Shown in pieces: positions 61,322 to 64,000 of a stretch of DNA of 64,000 nt. The notes under the pieces are model-generated. The model did no database searches and was not told the origin of the DNA. It worked only from the letters and a program-made list of their open reading frames with translations. Every line of letters begins with the position of its first letter. Positions within the stretch are counted from its first letter, which is position 1. The translations under genes and the position numbers were made by a program. Origin of the DNA: Balamuthia mandrillaris (lineage: Eukaryota); the NCBI GenBank assembly GCA_031835245.2, contig JAVKOQ020000080.1, positions 62,001 to 126,000 on the forward strand, read 5' to 3'.

Positions 61322-64000
61322 ATGTCAGGGCTGCCTCCCTGCGAAAGGTTGCTCCTTGCGGTGGCTATGATGCTTTCATTCACATGGTTAGCTTTCTCTC
61401 AACACACAGGTGAACAAGCACTCCTTATTATTTTTTTTTTTTTGTACTCAAGCATCCTTATCTCCACTGCGCACTACAGGCTACTTTCAACCCGAAGCTA
61501 CTGGTACGGACCCGAGTTGCCCAGAAGAGAACCCATGCCCGAGCCCGTTCCCGTTTTTAGCCTCCGCAACCTTTGATGAATACGTGTTGGCTGGTGGAGA
61601 ATACACGTTCTACGAGACTATCCCCACCACACAAAATCTTACCATCAGGTTGCTTCCTTCTTTCTTTTCGTTCGTTCCTTGCTTTTTCTTACAAAGTGCA
61701 AAACGTAGGCGTTGGTGGGAGCGAGAAGAGCAAGCAGAGACAGTCCTTATCGGAAGAGTGGGAGGAGGCATAACGCCGTGCTTTACCGTGAGCGAAGACG
61801 GAACCCTCCCTCTCAGTTTGGCTTTCAGCGGCTTCACTATACGATGCAAAGGAATGGCGTTTTACTTTCACACCAGTCCTCCTCTGTCGGTGAAAATGAA
61901 GGACATTGCCATCCTGTCTTCCAACGGAGGCATTTCCATGCGCACTGACACGTATCCGGACATACTCTCGTTGTCCACAAGCAACCTTTTTGTCCAAGAC
62001 ATCTCCTGCACTCCAGTAGAAAACCTCGGTACTTTTTCTTTCTCATTTTCATGTTTGTCGTGTACTGTTTTGTTCTTGTTTTTGTTTTTGTTTTGATGAT
62101 ATTTCTTTCCAGCGTTTCGCTTGGAAAGAGTTCAGTGGACATTCAAGGACGTGAGTTTTGTCAACAATTGTCTTGGCATGTCCAGTCGTAAGTGCACCCG
62201 ATACTTTATCTTTCTCCATCGCTTTCTCTCTCTCTCTCTCCCTCCCTCTCTCTCTCACTCTTCTCTCTCTCTCTCTCTCTCTTTCTCTCCTCTCTCTCTC
62301 TCTCTCCTCAGGTCACCCTTTTTATACCTTTCTTCCATAGCGGATTTCCGAACGGCTGCTATTTCACTATACTGGACTGGCGTGGAAAGCGTTGGCGGAA
62401 AAATGTTGTTCCTGAACAACGGGATGGACAGTGTCTTTGGTATCTATGGCGGATACCTCCATACGGATGGCACAACACTGGAGTTTGTCAATAATAAGGT
62501 GCCGGTCAGCCTTGGTATGCATCGCCACTTTTTCCTCCTTGTTTCTTGTTGTTCTAACCTATCAAGTGCTGCCAAGTTTCGTACTTTAGTCCATACACAT
62601 GGGAGACAACCGGCCTGATCGCCTTCAGAGGCAACAGGGCCAACAGCCTGATTGACTGGGATTCAAACTATGACAGCGGCCTGCCCAGCTTTTACAGTCT
62701 TGTCCCTTTCGACACCCAAGATAACGACGTTAACGCAACCTTCTCCGGGTTGGCTGATACTTTGTGTTGCTCACCTTGCAACACCACTAGAGCAACTTGC
62801 ATCTGCAACGACAAACCTGTGCTTTCTTGGACTATTTCTTCGGACCGCCTGCAGATATCGCACTCTGACTCCTCTCTCATCATTCCTTTGGTTCTTCCGC
62901 TTCCTACCGACAATGACCTCACCATCCCAATCATCGTGCTCACTTCAGAGGGATTCCTTTACGGGCAACACTACCTCCTACAACCACCTCTTAACTCCTC
63001 ATCAGATATAGCTTTCCTCGACGTTGAGGTTCCTCAAAACGCCTCTCGGGCGGAGATCATCGTTACAAAGCTGGTAGAAGTGGAGGAAGAAGCAATCCTC
63101 ACGTTGCAAGTTGCACCGGGCCAATTCTTCAATTCTGACTTTTTCTTGTCCCGCAGCATGATTAACGTTGTCTTCGCTCCTCCTCCCACCACTCCTCCCT
63201 CCATCAACCAAACAGTCTACCAACCAGATGGAAGCGTCATCTCTGTCAGCTTTCCCAACAATGACAAACCAGATCATACGGTCATTCTTCATGAGGAGCA
63301 AGGCAACCGTCCGCTGGCCAATCGCTCCGTCACCGCCCAGTTTCTTACTTTGCAAGAGGTGGGCGAAGACGGACAAGTCATTGCGATTGTATCTTTGGCA
63401 GAAACAGAGTTTGTGGCAACAGAATTGGGCAACACCAGTTTCAACTTGAACCACGCTCTTCCCTTCATATCCTTCTCCGCTGAGATTTCTTCCATCCTCC
63501 TTGCAAACAATCAGACGGTGGACTTGGTGGAAGAGATAGTGATGCAAGTGAACTTCACGATGTTTGCAGAAGAGCAAGTGATCAACTTTGCGGGAGTGGA
63601 GCAGGTCATGGCAGCCAACACCCTCAAATGGAGCGTTTTCCTTTCCTCCTGGCCCTTCCAACCCCACAGCCATTCCTTGTACCTCCGCCTCATCCTCACC
63701 AGCCAAGATGGACCCATAGCATTGGAGACGTTGGACGAGGAGGACAACGGAGTGTTGGCTTTCACCCTAAGGACAGAGAACACGGAGATCCCTTTCAACG
63801 TTTTGCCTTTGGCGCTCGTAGATGAGGGCTTGGCAATGGAAGAACCAGCAGTGGCAGCAGTGTGGGAGGGCGAAGGACAACACTTAGTCATCCAGTTGCC
63901 ATGGTTCAACCACTCGTTGTTGTTGGATCCTGACATTTCGCTGTTGTTGACGGATGAAGCTGGCGAAGAATCTAATAGCGAAGGAGACAGCGAAGACTTA
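61322..64000 (+). CDS. Single-pass surface-protein family copy 3; 3' end runs off the window
   Basis: Signal peptide, GYFQPEATGTDPSCPEENPCPSPF, shared intron positions at the 5' end, ANTLKWSVFLSSWPF and LDPDISLLL followed by an acidic linker at the window end. Confidence 0.85.

Overview
Gene-dense, intron-rich eukaryotic DNA. Introns are short, GT-AG and carry CT/T-rich microsatellites; intergenic spacers are AT-rich. The gene content and style suggest a free-living amoeba (Amoebozoa; inference only). About 24 spliced or intronless genes can be traced: a GT2 glycosyltransferase, two Clu-domain proteins (one with TPRs and a degenerate HAM1/ITPase domain, one with LRRs), a PP2C, a dsRBD protein head-to-head with a T4 Rnl1-like RNA ligase, an AGAP-like Ras-PH-ArfGAP-ANK protein, MED27, a HYKK-like kinase, EF-hand proteins, an intronless mini caspase/legumain-fold ORF, exosome MTR3 head-to-head with RPL11, a calmodulin-like/IQM-domain fusion, an ankyrin protein, an intronless SDR, F-box-SPRY and F-box-RasGEF. 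The last 13 kb is a birth-and-death cluster of single-pass surface proteins (two apparently intact copies, one frameshifted copy, one inverted fragment) with a duplicated, decayed F-box-RasGEF neighbour. Exon boundaries were read by eye and gene coordinates span introns. All family assignments come from motif recognition, not database searches. No rRNA, tRNA, CRISPR array or transposase was recognised.
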